From Patescibacteria group bacterium (lineage in GTDB: Bacteria > Patescibacteriota > UBA1384 > GWA2-35-9 > JBASTP01), in assembly GCA_049274945.1 (NCBI GenBank), contig JBASTP010000006.1, positions 29,944-93,943 on the forward strand: DNA of 64,000 nt, read 5' to 3'. The stretch's first letter is position 1. Every line of letters starts with the position of its first letter. Position numbers and translations under genes: made by a program. Shown here piece after piece: positions 18,756 through 28,478 of the stretch. The notes under the pieces are model-generated. The model worked only from the letters and a program-made list of their open reading frames with translations. It was not told the DNA's origin and searched no databases.

Positions 18756-20087
18756 TTAGCTATTAGCGCGGTTGAGTGCCAAATTTTGGGCCGCCACGAT
18801 GAGCCCCATCAACACCCAAATATGGATAATCGATACCGTCGAGAAGAAATTGTACTGCACGAGCGTGCCAATAAATACCGCAGTTAAACCCAATACCATC
18901 GATTGAGCAAAGCTATCGTTAGTCTTCAAATACGCCACCAGTGATCGGCTAATAATCACTACTACGAGAAAAAGAAAGGCAGTGAGCCCAATAATACCGG
19001 TTTCGGCAAGGAGCTCCAGGTACTGATTATTTACAATAAACCAACCACCACTCGGCGGCTCATTGGGGTAGTTTAATACGTACATGCCATAGCCGCCCGG
19101 GCCAATACCGGTTATTGGCGCATCGTTAAACGCATCGATTGCCTTAGTAAAAGCATTAAGGCGACCTTGGGTTGACTCCCCTTTCCGATAGTCTGCCACG
19201 GTAGCATGAGCAAGGAAACGCTCTTTGAGATCGGGATTTAAGCGATTGAAAATGGTGTTAAAACCAACGACTGCGAGGATGGCTGCCGTAGTGCCCCAGA
19301 ATACCGTCCGAAAATTCACTATTTTACGAAAGGCCACGATAACGAGAAACACCGCTGCAACGGCTGCTGCCACAAAAGCGCCCCGCGAGAGGGTAAGGAT
19401 GAATGTAAGAAGCGTGAGGAGTGCGAGCGGCAGGAGCCCTGGCCGAGCAGCTTTTGCAAACATCAATCCTGCCATCGCACCAAGCGGAATTAACAAATAA
19501 TTAGCTAAGTAGAGCGGTTCCCGTGAAAATGCCTGAACCCGTGGGAAACCAAACACGTCGCTCGAGTACCCAGGATCAAGACCTGAAAAACTCTTTGGCA
19601 GTCCAATAGTATCTGCCCCGAATTGGTAAAGCCCAAACACCACCACAACCCCAACAGACCACAATAATACGGTGATGAGTTTCATAAACTTGGCCTTGGT
19701 ATCGACCAGCTGGGGAATGATAAGAAACAGCATAATGACAAATAGGTCAAGCAATAGAAAAACAACCGAACGGATCCCGGCAGTAGTTGTGGCAAGCGAT
19801 AAGATTAAAGCGGTTGCGAATAAAGTTACTGGGAAAGCAGCCGGATTAGGTTTTAGCTTGCGTTTATTGAAGAGTAGATCAAGGATAAAAAATACAATTA
19901 ACAAACCACCGACGATATGGTTTATCTTCAAGGTAAAACCAGCAAGTTCTAAGGTCGGAATTCGTTCAAACGGCAAGAAAAAAACGAGGGCAGCTAACCC
20001 CCAAAAAAGATCTCGAGATATCTTGGTTGCCACTGCACTTAAAACGGCAACCCCGAATATCGCAGCCAATCCATATTGGGCAACCAT
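18756..20087 (-). CDS. O-antigen ligase/polymerase (Wzy_C) family membrane protein, paralog
   Basis: TLSRGAFVAAAVAAVFL motif. The start is taken at ATG 20087 to avoid overlap with the GT4 gene; the track ORF extends to 20165. Confidence 0.55.
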   Translation of the reverse strand: MVAQYGLAAIFGVAVLSAVATKISRDLFWGLAALVFFLPFERIPTLELAGFTLKINHIVGGLLIVFFILDLLFNKRKLKPNPAAFPVTLFATALILSLATTTAGIRSVVFLLLDLFVIMLFLIIPQLVDTKAKFMKLITVLLWSVGVVVVFGLYQFGADTIGLPKSFSGLDPGYSSDVFGFPRVQAFSREPLYLANYLLIPLGAMAGLMFAKAARPGLLPLALLTLLTFILTLSRGAFVAAAVAAVFLVIVAFRKIVNFRTVFWGTTAAILAVVGFNTIFNRLNPDLKERFLAHATVADYRKGESTQGRLNAFTKAIDAFNDAPITGIGPGGYGMYVLNYPNEPPSGGWFIVNNQYLELLAETGIIGLTAFLFLVVVIISRSLVAYLKTNDSFAQSMVLGLTAVFIGTLVQYNFFSTVSIIHIWVLMGLIVAAQNLALNRANS

Positions 20088-20118
20088 AGGCCCGATTGTA
20101 TCAGGTTTATGGTCCTCT

Positions 20119-21192
20119 TCAAAGCCGAGCCAGTAATCGCTCGATTGCGGCGATATTTGGAGCAATTTGGTATCGGCGAGTCACCCAGGATCGTCCCTTA
20201 CGGCTTAACGCAGCTCGTTTGTTTGGGGGTAGATTCAAAATCTTCACGATACTTTGGGCGAGCGCTCCAGCATCTTTTTGCCTGACTAAAATCGCGCCTT
20301 CGCCATCCTTGACGAATTCGGGAATCGCTCCGGAACGAGTGGTAATCACTGGAGTGCCACAAGCAAGTGATTGGAGGTTGACCATGCCAACCTGCTCTTG
20401 CCACTCCGGCGTATCAATTGAAGCAAGCACTGATACGCTTGATTTTTGGAACAGTCGGGGTAAGTCGCGGTTTTTCTTTGCTCCAAGGTACTGGATCCAA
20501 GATTTTTGTGGCGGCTCGAAGTCACCCGGTGGACCAACCAACCAAAGTTTTGCTCTTGGGACTTTTTTGATCACCCGCTCCATTGCGTCCACCAAATACC
20601 TTATCCCCTTTCGTTTGCTTATTACTCCCACGTACAAAACAATTTTTAACTTTTCACTTTTAACTTTTAACTTTGGACGAAAATCGGGCGAGACCCCCCA
20701 ACTCCCCCAGAAAAGTTTCGTGAGCTTGCTTGGGGCAGCGCCCAGCAATACCAAATTGTTCCGTGCGCCTTCATTGAGATAGATCAGCATGTGAGCTTGC
20801 TTGATTAAACGCTTGGTGATCGACACGACCAGTTTCAGCGTGATGCCTTGGAACTTCTCTCGTATCGGCACGTTTTCGAAAAATGGCACCACCACTTTAG
20901 CGCCCACTCGAGCAACAACTGGTAGGAGCAATGCCGTGGTGAGCGCTGCCCGGCGACCGGCGGTCGGCTCGGGCAACTGCACAATATCTGGTTTAAGCGA
21001 GGTCACCAGTTTAACGAGCTGGAGCGGACTGCGAAACCGGAATGCCGCCGTTGCGGCCCAATCTGACTCCGCCATATCGCCGTAGCTCGCCTGCCGATAG
21101 GCATGGGTAACCACAAACTTCTTAAAATATCTAAGTGGCGAATGGAGGTCTGATCGGATCGTGTCGGAAATAATGAGTAGACTTGGTTTCAT
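20119..21192 (-). CDS. GT4 family glycosyltransferase
   Basis: KLWLVGPPGD...VSVLASIDTPEWQEQVGMVNLQSLACGTPVITT carries the EX7E-type C-terminal GT4 signature. The start is taken at MKPSLLIISD (ATG 21192). Confidence 0.75.
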   Translation of the reverse strand: MKPSLLIISDTIRSDLHSPLRYFKKFVVTHAYRQASYGDMAESDWAATAAFRFRSPLQLVKLVTSLKPDIVQLPEPTAGRRAALTTALLLPVVARVGAKVVVPFFENVPIREKFQGITLKLVVSITKRLIKQAHMLIYLNEGARNNLVLLGAAPSKLTKLFWGSWGVSPDFRPKLKVKSEKLKIVLYVGVISKRKGIRYLVDAMERVIKKVPRAKLWLVGPPGDFEPPQKSWIQYLGAKKNRDLPRLFQKSSVSVLASIDTPEWQEQVGMVNLQSLACGTPVITTRSGAIPEFVKDGEGAILVRQKDAGALAQSIVKILNLPPNKRAALSRKGRSWVTRRYQIAPNIAAIERLLARL

Positions 21193-21200
21193 GCTACGAA

Positions 21201-22271
21201 CTATGAACTGGCGTTTATTTTTTCGTACACGGCGATGGTTTGCTGGGCTGCCTTGTGCCAAGAAAATTTCTGAGCTTGCTTTAGTCCAGTTACCCGCAGT
21301 TTGGTAGTCCGCCCCGGCCGATTGAGTGAACGGAGGGCGCGTACCCAGGCAGTTTTATCCTCGAGTGGCAAAAGGATTCCCGAATCACCCACCACCTCGG
21401 GGATCGAAGAAACATTCGCCGCAACAACCGGGCAGCCGCACGCCATCGCCTCAAGCACCGGGAGTCCAAAACCTTCATAGCGGGAAGGGAATACAAACGC
21501 AAACGCACCAGACAATAGCGCAGCCTTATCATTCTCCGGAACGTAGCCAATAAACTTTACCCTTCCGGTTAAACCCAGCCGCTGCACTTGCGTAAATAAC
21601 CCTTCGTAGTACCAGCCAGGTTTACCAGCGATAACTAAGTTAAGCATACTCTTGCCCTCAATAAGTTTCGCAAAGACATCGATTAAGAACGAAAGGTTTT
21701 TGCGCGGGTTAAGGGTGCCGATATGGAGCAAATACTCACTTCCGGTTTTATACTTGTGCTGAACACGAGCGATCGCGCTCCGATCGCGGACCGGTCGGTA
21801 GCTTGTTGAAGCAGCTTCGTAGATCACGGTAACTTTTTGCTCGGGAAATCCCAGTATTTTAACAATATCCCGCTTAGTGTTCTGCGAAACGGCAATGATG
21901 TGGTCAGCGAATCGATAGGAAAACGGCATCCAACGACTGAAATATTGTCGTGAGAAAAACGGAATCTCCTCACCAAAAAAGATGGCAATGAGATCATGGA
22001 CCGTTACCACCACCTTGCCGGGGTAAAAAACGGGAGCTGAAAAGGCCGGTTGGTGAAGGATGTCAACCTTTGCCCCGCGGGCGCGAGAGGGCAAGCCAAA
22101 CTGGTCCCATGCTAACCGCTGCGGGGCGGAAAAGTCATGCTCACTATCGGGCGCGAACAAAAGGTAATGGTGAGAACCGATCGCTTTGAGTTCTTGTACC
22201 AGATTCGACACATAAAAACCAAAACCTGTCTTCTGTCCGAGGGTTGTTTGGGTATCAATACCAATCTTCAT
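21201..22271 (-). CDS. GT4 family glycosyltransferase
   Basis: MKIGIDTQTT...VIAGKPGWYYEGL...FVFPSRYEGFGLPVLEAMACGCPVV. Confidence 0.8.
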   Translation of the reverse strand: MKIGIDTQTTLGQKTGFGFYVSNLVQELKAIGSHHYLLFAPDSEHDFSAPQRLAWDQFGLPSRARGAKVDILHQPAFSAPVFYPGKVVVTVHDLIAIFFGEEIPFFSRQYFSRWMPFSYRFADHIIAVSQNTKRDIVKILGFPEQKVTVIYEAASTSYRPVRDRSAIARVQHKYKTGSEYLLHIGTLNPRKNLSFLIDVFAKLIEGKSMLNLVIAGKPGWYYEGLFTQVQRLGLTGRVKFIGYVPENDKAALLSGAFAFVFPSRYEGFGLPVLEAMACGCPVVAANVSSIPEVVGDSGILLPLEDKTAWVRALRSLNRPGRTTKLRVTGLKQAQKFSWHKAAQQTIAVYEKINASS

Positions 22272-23659
22272 TGAAGCGTCAGATCATACCGGAGTTCGCC
22301 AGAAAAGACAATCCGATTGTCATCGATTAAGAGGAATTTTGACGGCCTCGTGCCTGGCTGCCGTTCCACGTGCAACCCTTCATCAAGGCCTTGGGGCAAA
22401 TCATACTCAAGAGTGACAACCTGAGACGAATTCGGTTGAGTGGTAAACCAAAAACCTAACACGGTGGACTGCCCCTCCTGATTTTCTACCTCACTCAAGA
22501 TGCTGCGGCCAGTGCGCTCGGCACCTATGAGGCGCGTTCCAGCCGGGAGAAATACCTGGGTATAGTTGCGGTTCTCACCTTCGGTAAACTCATCGTAGCC
22601 GCCCGGATGAGTCCGAGTAATGGTTAATCGGCGACGATTTTCCGGTAACCGCTCAAGCTTGAGCTCTTCGGCAATCTCGAGGGAAGTCTTAGCGCCACCG
22701 TAGTTTCCATGGTAAACCGCAAGATAATCTGAGTTAGTTGATTCTAAACGGCCTGCCCAATTATTCGCCTCGACAATTTGTTGGCGAGAGAGATCCGTAA
22801 AGTAGAGGAGGAGATTTTTTTCTTTGAGGCTCCGATCAACAAGTTGCCAAATCGTTCGGGCAGGTAACTCCTTAACTCGATCAGGCATTAAACTGACAAG
22901 GTCTCCGAGGATAGTCTTTGGCTCATTAATCACTCGGTTATTGGACTCCTTGAAATAATCAATCTCTATTTTTTGATGGAGTGTGGGCAGAAAGTTCTCG
23001 GCAGTGAGCACTATATTATGCTGCGGCAAGTCCACGTTCCCAAGGAGGTGGATTAAATCGATCACCGGCAATACGGTTAAGCCAATCACGCCATCGAGCC
23101 TAGTCCCGTATTCTGCCTCGTAGAAACTAGCCATCAGCTGGGCTGATTCCCTAAAATCAGCGGCAGCATTGGCATTCACCAAACTCATCGAACGACCGGG
23201 CCATACTTCATCAAGCGGCTTGGGTAGCGGGATAAAATGATCGGTCAAAAATTGGTTATCTTTTTTATAGATATTGGTTTCAACTTCTAGGTTGATATTC
23301 TTGCCGTCATACTGGGCAATGGCAAATGAGCCAAGGAATCCTCCGGAAGGCCGCAGTTCAGCTGAGTTCAAAAAAGCGATTAAGTAGCGCCCAGGCTTCA
23401 CAAGTCGTACCATATCAATGCTTTGTGATACCGCCGGATGGATGAGTCCAACGATCAGGGCGGTGGTAACAAGGACTACGGTAACGAGCTGAACTCCACT
23501 CGTTCCTAATTTGGCAGAGGTGCTCCAAGGAATGTTTTTGACAGCAGTTTTAAACGCTAAAAAATTTCCCGAGATTCGGTCCTGCAGGCGAGTCAATCGG
23601 CGGACCCGAAGTTCCTTTGGCGTGTAATGAGGCCCCCAAATACCATCAAGTCGTCGCAT
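22268..23659 (-). CDS. DUF4012-like membrane-anchored protein
   Basis: N-terminal TM helix, then LIAFLNSAELRPSGGFLGSFA, which resembles the DUF4012 N(N/S)AE(L/I)R.(S/T)GGF motif. Confidence 0.35.
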   Translation of the reverse strand: MRRLDGIWGPHYTPKELRVRRLTRLQDRISGNFLAFKTAVKNIPWSTSAKLGTSGVQLVTVVLVTTALIVGLIHPAVSQSIDMVRLVKPGRYLIAFLNSAELRPSGGFLGSFAIAQYDGKNINLEVETNIYKKDNQFLTDHFIPLPKPLDEVWPGRSMSLVNANAAADFRESAQLMASFYEAEYGTRLDGVIGLTVLPVIDLIHLLGNVDLPQHNIVLTAENFLPTLHQKIEIDYFKESNNRVINEPKTILGDLVSLMPDRVKELPARTIWQLVDRSLKEKNLLLYFTDLSRQQIVEANNWAGRLESTNSDYLAVYHGNYGGAKTSLEIAEELKLERLPENRRRLTITRTHPGGYDEFTEGENRNYTQVFLPAGTRLIGAERTGRSILSEVENQEGQSTVLGFWFTTQPNSSQVVTLEYDLPQGLDEGLHVERQPGTRPSKFLLIDDNRIVFSGELRYDLTLQ

Positions 23660-25136
23660 GAGCTCCTTTGCTTAATTGTAGCACCTCCAAGAGCTCCTCG
23701 CGGGTAATCAGTTTGAACCCTAAACTAAGTAATCCATAAACAGCAACTGCAATCACAAGCAGCACCGGCAAGCTCAATTGACGAAGCGGCCAGACAAGCG
23801 CCACCAAGATAGCGTTGGCCACGAGCGCGCGGCCAATGTAGTGGATATCAGGAATGAATCGCCCAATTTTGAACCATATAATGCCAAAACTCACCGCAAG
23901 CACCGCCAGTTCAGTTACTACGGTAATTGCCGCGGCGGCAAGGTAGGAATAGTGCGGAATGGCAAGAATGTTTAGCCCAATATTGCATACCGCAAAGAGG
24001 ATGTTAGGGATAACTAAGCTACTCTGCTGACCAGCGGCAACTACTACATAGGTTGTGAGATGGGAGAGGTAGGAAAGGAATACGGCAACGAGCAAAATTT
24101 GGAGAATGATTGGCGCGGCGATGGCATGGCTACCCAAAAATACCGTGGCAGCGCTCGTAAACTCGGCGCCACCGAGCACGGCAACCAATGGTTTAGCAAG
24201 CACCATGCCAATGAGGAGCACCGGCAGACCAATGAGGATGAGAAAGTGGGAAGCCTTGGCAAACGCGCCCGCCATTCTGGCATCGCTCGTAGCTAGGTAG
24301 CGGGTGATAAACGGTAGTACCGTACCCATGAAGATTGAGGGAAACACCAGCAATACCTCAATAAGTTTGTACGGCACGCCATAGATTCCAACATCAACCG
24401 GCCCTTTCATGAGTGAAAGGATAACCGTGTCCGCTTTGAAATAAATAAAACCAAATATGAGAACCGCCGCCATCGGCGCCGCGAGCTTAATCACTTCGCG
24501 CCAGTACCTACCATCATATGCCAGCGAAACTTCAATGTAGGCGCGCACCAAATAGAGGTTAAGAATCAAGGTAACGAACGCGCCGATAAGGTAGCTCACG
24601 AGCACCATATGAAATGGCAGGCCAAACATAATCGAAAACCACACCAGGGCGAGCACGGCGAGCTTGCCAAGAATATCGGCTAAAACCGGTTTGGCCATTG
24701 CCTGATTAACTTGGAAAACGCCTACCAGGGTTTGATTCACACTCTGGCCAAACCATGCCGCGGCAATAATACCAATGCCCAATTTCACGGCGCCCTCGTA
24801 CGGCAGCAAAAATCCTACGGCAAAACCCACTAAATAAATTGCGATGCCAAGCAGCGCCCGGAGCGTCATAATGTTAGAGGTAATCTTTTTTGGGTCACCC
24901 TTACCTTTTGCCAACTGGGTAACCAGCACCGCAAAAAATCCGAAGTCAGCAAACACCGAAAGGAACGAAACGTAGGCAAAAATGGTGGTGAACTGGCCGA
25001 ATCCTGCCACACCAAGGTACCGGGTAACTAGAGCAATCGTTCCGAGCCCAAGGAACATCACCAGGAACTTTCCTACGAACTGGATCGCGGTTGAGGTGGC
25101 AACAAGTTGCGTTGCTGATTTAGGGCGCTCATCCAT
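23646..25136 (-). CDS. Polysaccharide flippase (Wzx, MOP superfamily)
   Basis: 496 aa with about 14 TM segments and the N-terminal pattern VGKFLVMFLGLGTIALVTRYLGVAGFGQF. Confidence 0.75.
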   Translation of the reverse strand: MDERPKSATQLVATSTAIQFVGKFLVMFLGLGTIALVTRYLGVAGFGQFTTIFAYVSFLSVFADFGFFAVLVTQLAKGKGDPKKITSNIMTLRALLGIAIYLVGFAVGFLLPYEGAVKLGIGIIAAAWFGQSVNQTLVGVFQVNQAMAKPVLADILGKLAVLALVWFSIMFGLPFHMVLVSYLIGAFVTLILNLYLVRAYIEVSLAYDGRYWREVIKLAAPMAAVLIFGFIYFKADTVILSLMKGPVDVGIYGVPYKLIEVLLVFPSIFMGTVLPFITRYLATSDARMAGAFAKASHFLILIGLPVLLIGMVLAKPLVAVLGGAEFTSAATVFLGSHAIAAPIILQILLVAVFLSYLSHLTTYVVVAAGQQSSLVIPNILFAVCNIGLNILAIPHYSYLAAAAITVVTELAVLAVSFGIIWFKIGRFIPDIHYIGRALVANAILVALVWPLRQLSLPVLLVIAVAVYGLLSLGFKLITREELLEVLQLSKGAHATT

Positions 25137-25968
25137 GGCTCAAAAAGTCGGCAAGTGCTTCCTGCCAAGGCCGCAAGACAATGCCGTGTTTAGCTGCTTT
25201 GGTGGTTCCTAGTACCGAGAACGCCGGCCGGGGTGCCTTACGCTTGAGCTCGTGGGACTTGGTCGGTTTTAGGCGATTGGAAAGTTTCGCAATCTTCAGA
25301 ATTTCCTTGGCAAAATCGTACCAACTGGCCTGGCCAGTATTGACAATATGCCAGCTGCCAAAGGGTAACTTTTTTGTGATGATCTGGCGGATTGCCTCGG
25401 CAAGATCGCCAGCATAGGTGGGGCTGCCAATTTGATCGCAAACCACATTGAGCATTTTTTCCTTACGAGCCACTTCCAAAATCGTCCTCACAAAATTGCG
25501 ATGCTCGGCGGAGCCGCCATAGAGCCAGGCCGTTCGGACAATCCAATGCTTTGGGGTGAGCTTTCTCAATACTTCCTCCCCGGCGAGCTTGCTTGCGCCA
25601 TAGACCGACGCCGGTTTTGGGTTGGTGGTTTCGCTGTACGGTTGGCGTGCCTTACCATCAAACACATAATCGGTTGAAATCATAAGAATCGGAATGTTAA
25701 GGCGCTTAGCACCCTCAGCCAAGTTAGCGGTACCATCTCGGTTCACGCCATAGGCCTTGGCGACTTCGTCTTCCGCCCGATCCACTGCGGTGTAGGCGGC
25801 GCCATGAATCACGAGCTCCGGGTTAAACTCTCGGAACACGCGATCGACCGCTGAGGCATTCACAATATCGAGGTTGTCGATGTCAACCAAAAACAACTCG
25901 TCGTCAGCGAAAACCTGCTTCAAATGGTAGCCGAGCTGCCCCTTGGCACCGGTAATTAAAATCCTCAT
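25129..25968 (-). CDS. rmlD: dTDP-4-dehydrorhamnose reductase
   Basis: MRILITGAKGQLG...VIHGAAYTAVDRAED.... Confidence 0.85.
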   Translation of the reverse strand: MRILITGAKGQLGYHLKQVFADDELFLVDIDNLDIVNASAVDRVFREFNPELVIHGAAYTAVDRAEDEVAKAYGVNRDGTANLAEGAKRLNIPILMISTDYVFDGKARQPYSETTNPKPASVYGASKLAGEEVLRKLTPKHWIVRTAWLYGGSAEHRNFVRTILEVARKEKMLNVVCDQIGSPTYAGDLAEAIRQIITKKLPFGSWHIVNTGQASWYDFAKEILKIAKLSNRLKPTKSHELKRKAPRPAFSVLGTTKAAKHGIVLRPWQEALADFLSHG

Positions 25969-26011
25969 GCTTCAACTCCGCTCAGCATGACCCTGAGTGT
26001 AATCGAATGGG

Positions 26012-27019
26012 TCATCGTTTTGTGTAATTTTTTCGGTAATAGGCCCGGTACTGGCCGGCTTTAATCTTTTTCCACCATGGCTGATTTGCCTGATACCAAG
26101 CTACGGTCTGACTAAGGCCTTCCTCAAAACTAACGCTGGGCCTGAACCCCAACCGTGCAATCTTCTTGGTGTCGAGCGCGTAGCGCAGATCATGGCCTGG
26201 CCGATCGGCAACCCTTTGAATCTCTGTCTTGGTTTTTCCAGTCAACCCGAGAAGGAGATCGGTAAGTACAAGATTACTCCGTTCGTAGCCAGTGCCAATG
26301 TTGTACACCTCTCCAATTTTTCCTTTGGTGGCAAGGAGCCAAACTGCCCGTGAGTGGTCTCGAACATAAATCCACTCGCGCACATTGTTGCCGCTGCCAT
26401 AGAGCGGCACCTTCTTGCCCTCCAAAAGATTGGTGATAAAGAGCGGGATCAACTTTTCAGGGTACTGGTGGGGGCCAAAGTTGTTGCAGGAACGGGTGGT
26501 AATTGCCGGTACCTTGTACGTTTTAACGTACGCTCTCACCATTAAGTCTCCCCCTGCCTTTGAGGCAGCGTAGGGACTGTTTGGTTTGAGCGGCGAATCT
26601 TCGGTGAATGTGCCCCGTTCAATCGAGCCGTACACCTCGTCGGTTGAAATCTGGATGTATTTGGCAGTCCCAAACTCACGCACTGCCTCCAGCAACACTT
26701 GGGTTCCCGCTACATCGGTTGTAATGAACGCACTGGGGTCCAAAATCGATCGGTCAACGTGAGTTTCAGCGGCAAAGTTTACCACGAGATCCGGCTTAAA
26801 CCGTTTGAACGCCGCTCTCACATCCCTAGGATTGGCAATATCCCCTTTTACAAAACGGTAGCGCGCCTTGCCCGCCACCGACGCAACGTTAGCCGGGTTG
26901 CCGGCGTAGGTCATTTTATCGAAATTGAGCACCTCGATTGTGGGATCAATTTCAAAAAGATAGCGGATAAAATCCGAGCCCATAAAACCTAAACCTCCCG
27001 AAACAAACACTCTTTTCAT
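26012..27019 (-). CDS. rmlB: dTDP-glucose 4,6-dehydratase
   Basis: MKRVFVSGGLGFMGSDFIRYL...YAASKAGGDLMVRAY. The start is moved to ATG 27019; the track ORF begins upstream inside the intergenic hairpin. Confidence 0.85.
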   Translation of the reverse strand: MKRVFVSGGLGFMGSDFIRYLFEIDPTIEVLNFDKMTYAGNPANVASVAGKARYRFVKGDIANPRDVRAAFKRFKPDLVVNFAAETHVDRSILDPSAFITTDVAGTQVLLEAVREFGTAKYIQISTDEVYGSIERGTFTEDSPLKPNSPYAASKAGGDLMVRAYVKTYKVPAITTRSCNNFGPHQYPEKLIPLFITNLLEGKKVPLYGSGNNVREWIYVRDHSRAVWLLATKGKIGEVYNIGTGYERSNLVLTDLLLGLTGKTKTEIQRVADRPGHDLRYALDTKKIARLGFRPSVSFEEGLSQTVAWYQANQPWWKKIKAGQYRAYYRKNYTKR

Positions 27020-27161
27020 TTCAAGATAAATTTTTACTCCAACCGTTAGTATCAGCTCGCCCCGCACACGACGCTCCTGCAATAACAGGACGTAGTCCGT
27101 TTTGCAGGAAGGAGTTGTGCGGGGTGAACCCCAAACCGCCGGCGACAAAAACTTTCTTCAT

Positions 27162-27611
27162 TTAACGATTTTGAGTTGTCCAATCAAATCCAATTTCGGG
27201 GTCATCAAATGGCACCCGAAATTCATCATTGGGATCGTAAGCATGGGAAGTGTGGTACACCACGAGTGCCGGCTGGCTGCCGAGTACTTTGTAACCATGG
27301 GTTACCCCGGCAGGAATCTTCACCGCCACCGGATTTTTCTCGCCCATGTAGATCACCTGGGTTTCGCCGCGGGTTTTAGACTTGGGGCGGCCGTCGTAGA
27401 GCACGGTTTGAATCATCCCCTTCCCAACCGTCCAAATATCGTCTTGTTTTTTGTGGTAGTGGAACGCCTTAATCACTTTGGGGTAACTTTCGGTAATGGT
27501 AATTTGGCCGATTACGTTGGTGAGTTTGTCCTTGGGGTTAATAAACTCCATTAACCAACCGCGGTCGTCAGCGTGGACTGCCAGTTTTTTGATTACTACA
27601 CCGTCAATCAT
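27162..27611 (-). CDS. rmlC: dTDP-4-dehydrorhamnose 3,5-epimerase-like cupin
   Basis: MIDGVVIKKLAVHADDRGWLMEF...FHYHKKQDDIW. An ATGA overlap with the rmlA stop gives the start at 27611. Confidence 0.75.
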   Translation of the reverse strand: MIDGVVIKKLAVHADDRGWLMEFINPKDKLTNVIGQITITESYPKVIKAFHYHKKQDDIWTVGKGMIQTVLYDGRPKSKTRGETQVIYMGEKNPVAVKIPAGVTHGYKVLGSQPALVVYHTSHAYDPNDEFRVPFDDPEIGFDWTTQNR

Positions 27612-28327
27612 TTCACTCCTGCTTTTTTCGCCCAATATTGGCTGGTCTTGAACAGACTCTCAAATTGCCCTGCATCAGACCAAAAACCTTTGAGCTCGTG
27701 CCAATTAAGCGTGCCGGCTTGGGCATATTTGGTGTTAACGTCGGAGATTTCCAGTTCACCGCGGCGAGATGGTTTAATTTGGCGAATGTAATCGAACACT
27801 TTGGCGTCGTAGATATACAAACCAGTAACGGCGTAGTTTGATTTTGGCTTTTTGGGCTTCTCGTCGATCCGAGTGATTCGCTTGCTCCTATCAAATACCG
27901 GCACCCCGAAGCGCTCGGGGTCGTGAACGGTTTTCAAAAACACCGTAGCGCCACCCGCAAAGCCTTTTACCGCCTTTGAAATATCCGCATCGGTGCAGTT
28001 GTCGCCTAAAATCACCGTAACGCTGTCACCATCGGCAAAATCTTTCGCGAGATCTAGGGCTTCGGCAATCCCCCCTTCGTTCTCTTGGTACATAAACTCC
28101 AAATGTTTGATCCCCAAATCTTTACCGTTTTTCAAAACGCGCAAAAAATGGCCGGCGTGGGGGCCGCCGGTTACGATCATAATGTCGGTAATCCCGGCGT
28201 TCACGAGCGTTTGAATGGGGTAAAACACCATCGGCTTATCAAAAACCGGCAGCAAGTGTTTATTGGTTGCCCAGCTAAGCGGCCGCAATCGCGTTCCCAG
28301 GCCACCGGCTAAAATAACGCCTTTCAT
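27608..28327 (-). CDS. rmlA: Glucose-1-phosphate thymidylyltransferase (short form)
   Basis: MKGVILAGGLGTRLRPLSWATNKHLLPV...LGDN. Confidence 0.85.
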   Translation of the reverse strand: MKGVILAGGLGTRLRPLSWATNKHLLPVFDKPMVFYPIQTLVNAGITDIMIVTGGPHAGHFLRVLKNGKDLGIKHLEFMYQENEGGIAEALDLAKDFADGDSVTVILGDNCTDADISKAVKGFAGGATVFLKTVHDPERFGVPVFDRSKRITRIDEKPKKPKSNYAVTGLYIYDAKVFDYIRQIKPSRRGELEISDVNTKYAQAGTLNWHELKGFWSDAGQFESLFKTSQYWAKKAGVK

Positions 28328-28339
28328 AATCTAGAAGGG

Positions 28340-28388
28340 ATCATACCAGATATAGAGAGTCCTGTAAATGGTTTACTCAACCATTTAC
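28340..28388 (-). promoter_or_regulatory. rml-operon promoter (-35 TTTACA, 17 nt, -10 TATGAT; about 6-nt 5'UTR) overlapped by a perfect 10-bp inverted repeat operator
   Basis: Minus strand reads TTTACAggactctctatatctggTATGATcccttctagattATG. Plus 28364-28388 reads GTAAATGGTT-tactc-AACCATTTAC. No SD is present. Confidence 0.5.
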
Positions 28389-28478
28389 TTAGCTACATTA
28401 TTATATAACATGCTCTATAAGTCTTATATAAGGTATTATGTACTATCAAAATGCGTCGTTCTTGGCTATATTCGGATT

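Noticed and set aside
20610-20650. Imperfect AACTTTT tandem run inside GT4 gene 20119-21192
   Set aside because: The repeats are imperfect (aactttt/cactttt/aacttt) and are read in frame as a K-rich segment. This is weak evidence for slippage.
27020-27161. Intergenic long imperfect hairpin between rmlC and rmlB (ccccgcaca...tgcggggtg)
   Set aside because: It could be an internal attenuator or RNA-processing site, but the arms are only partly complementary and there is no U-tract. It is noted here, not called.
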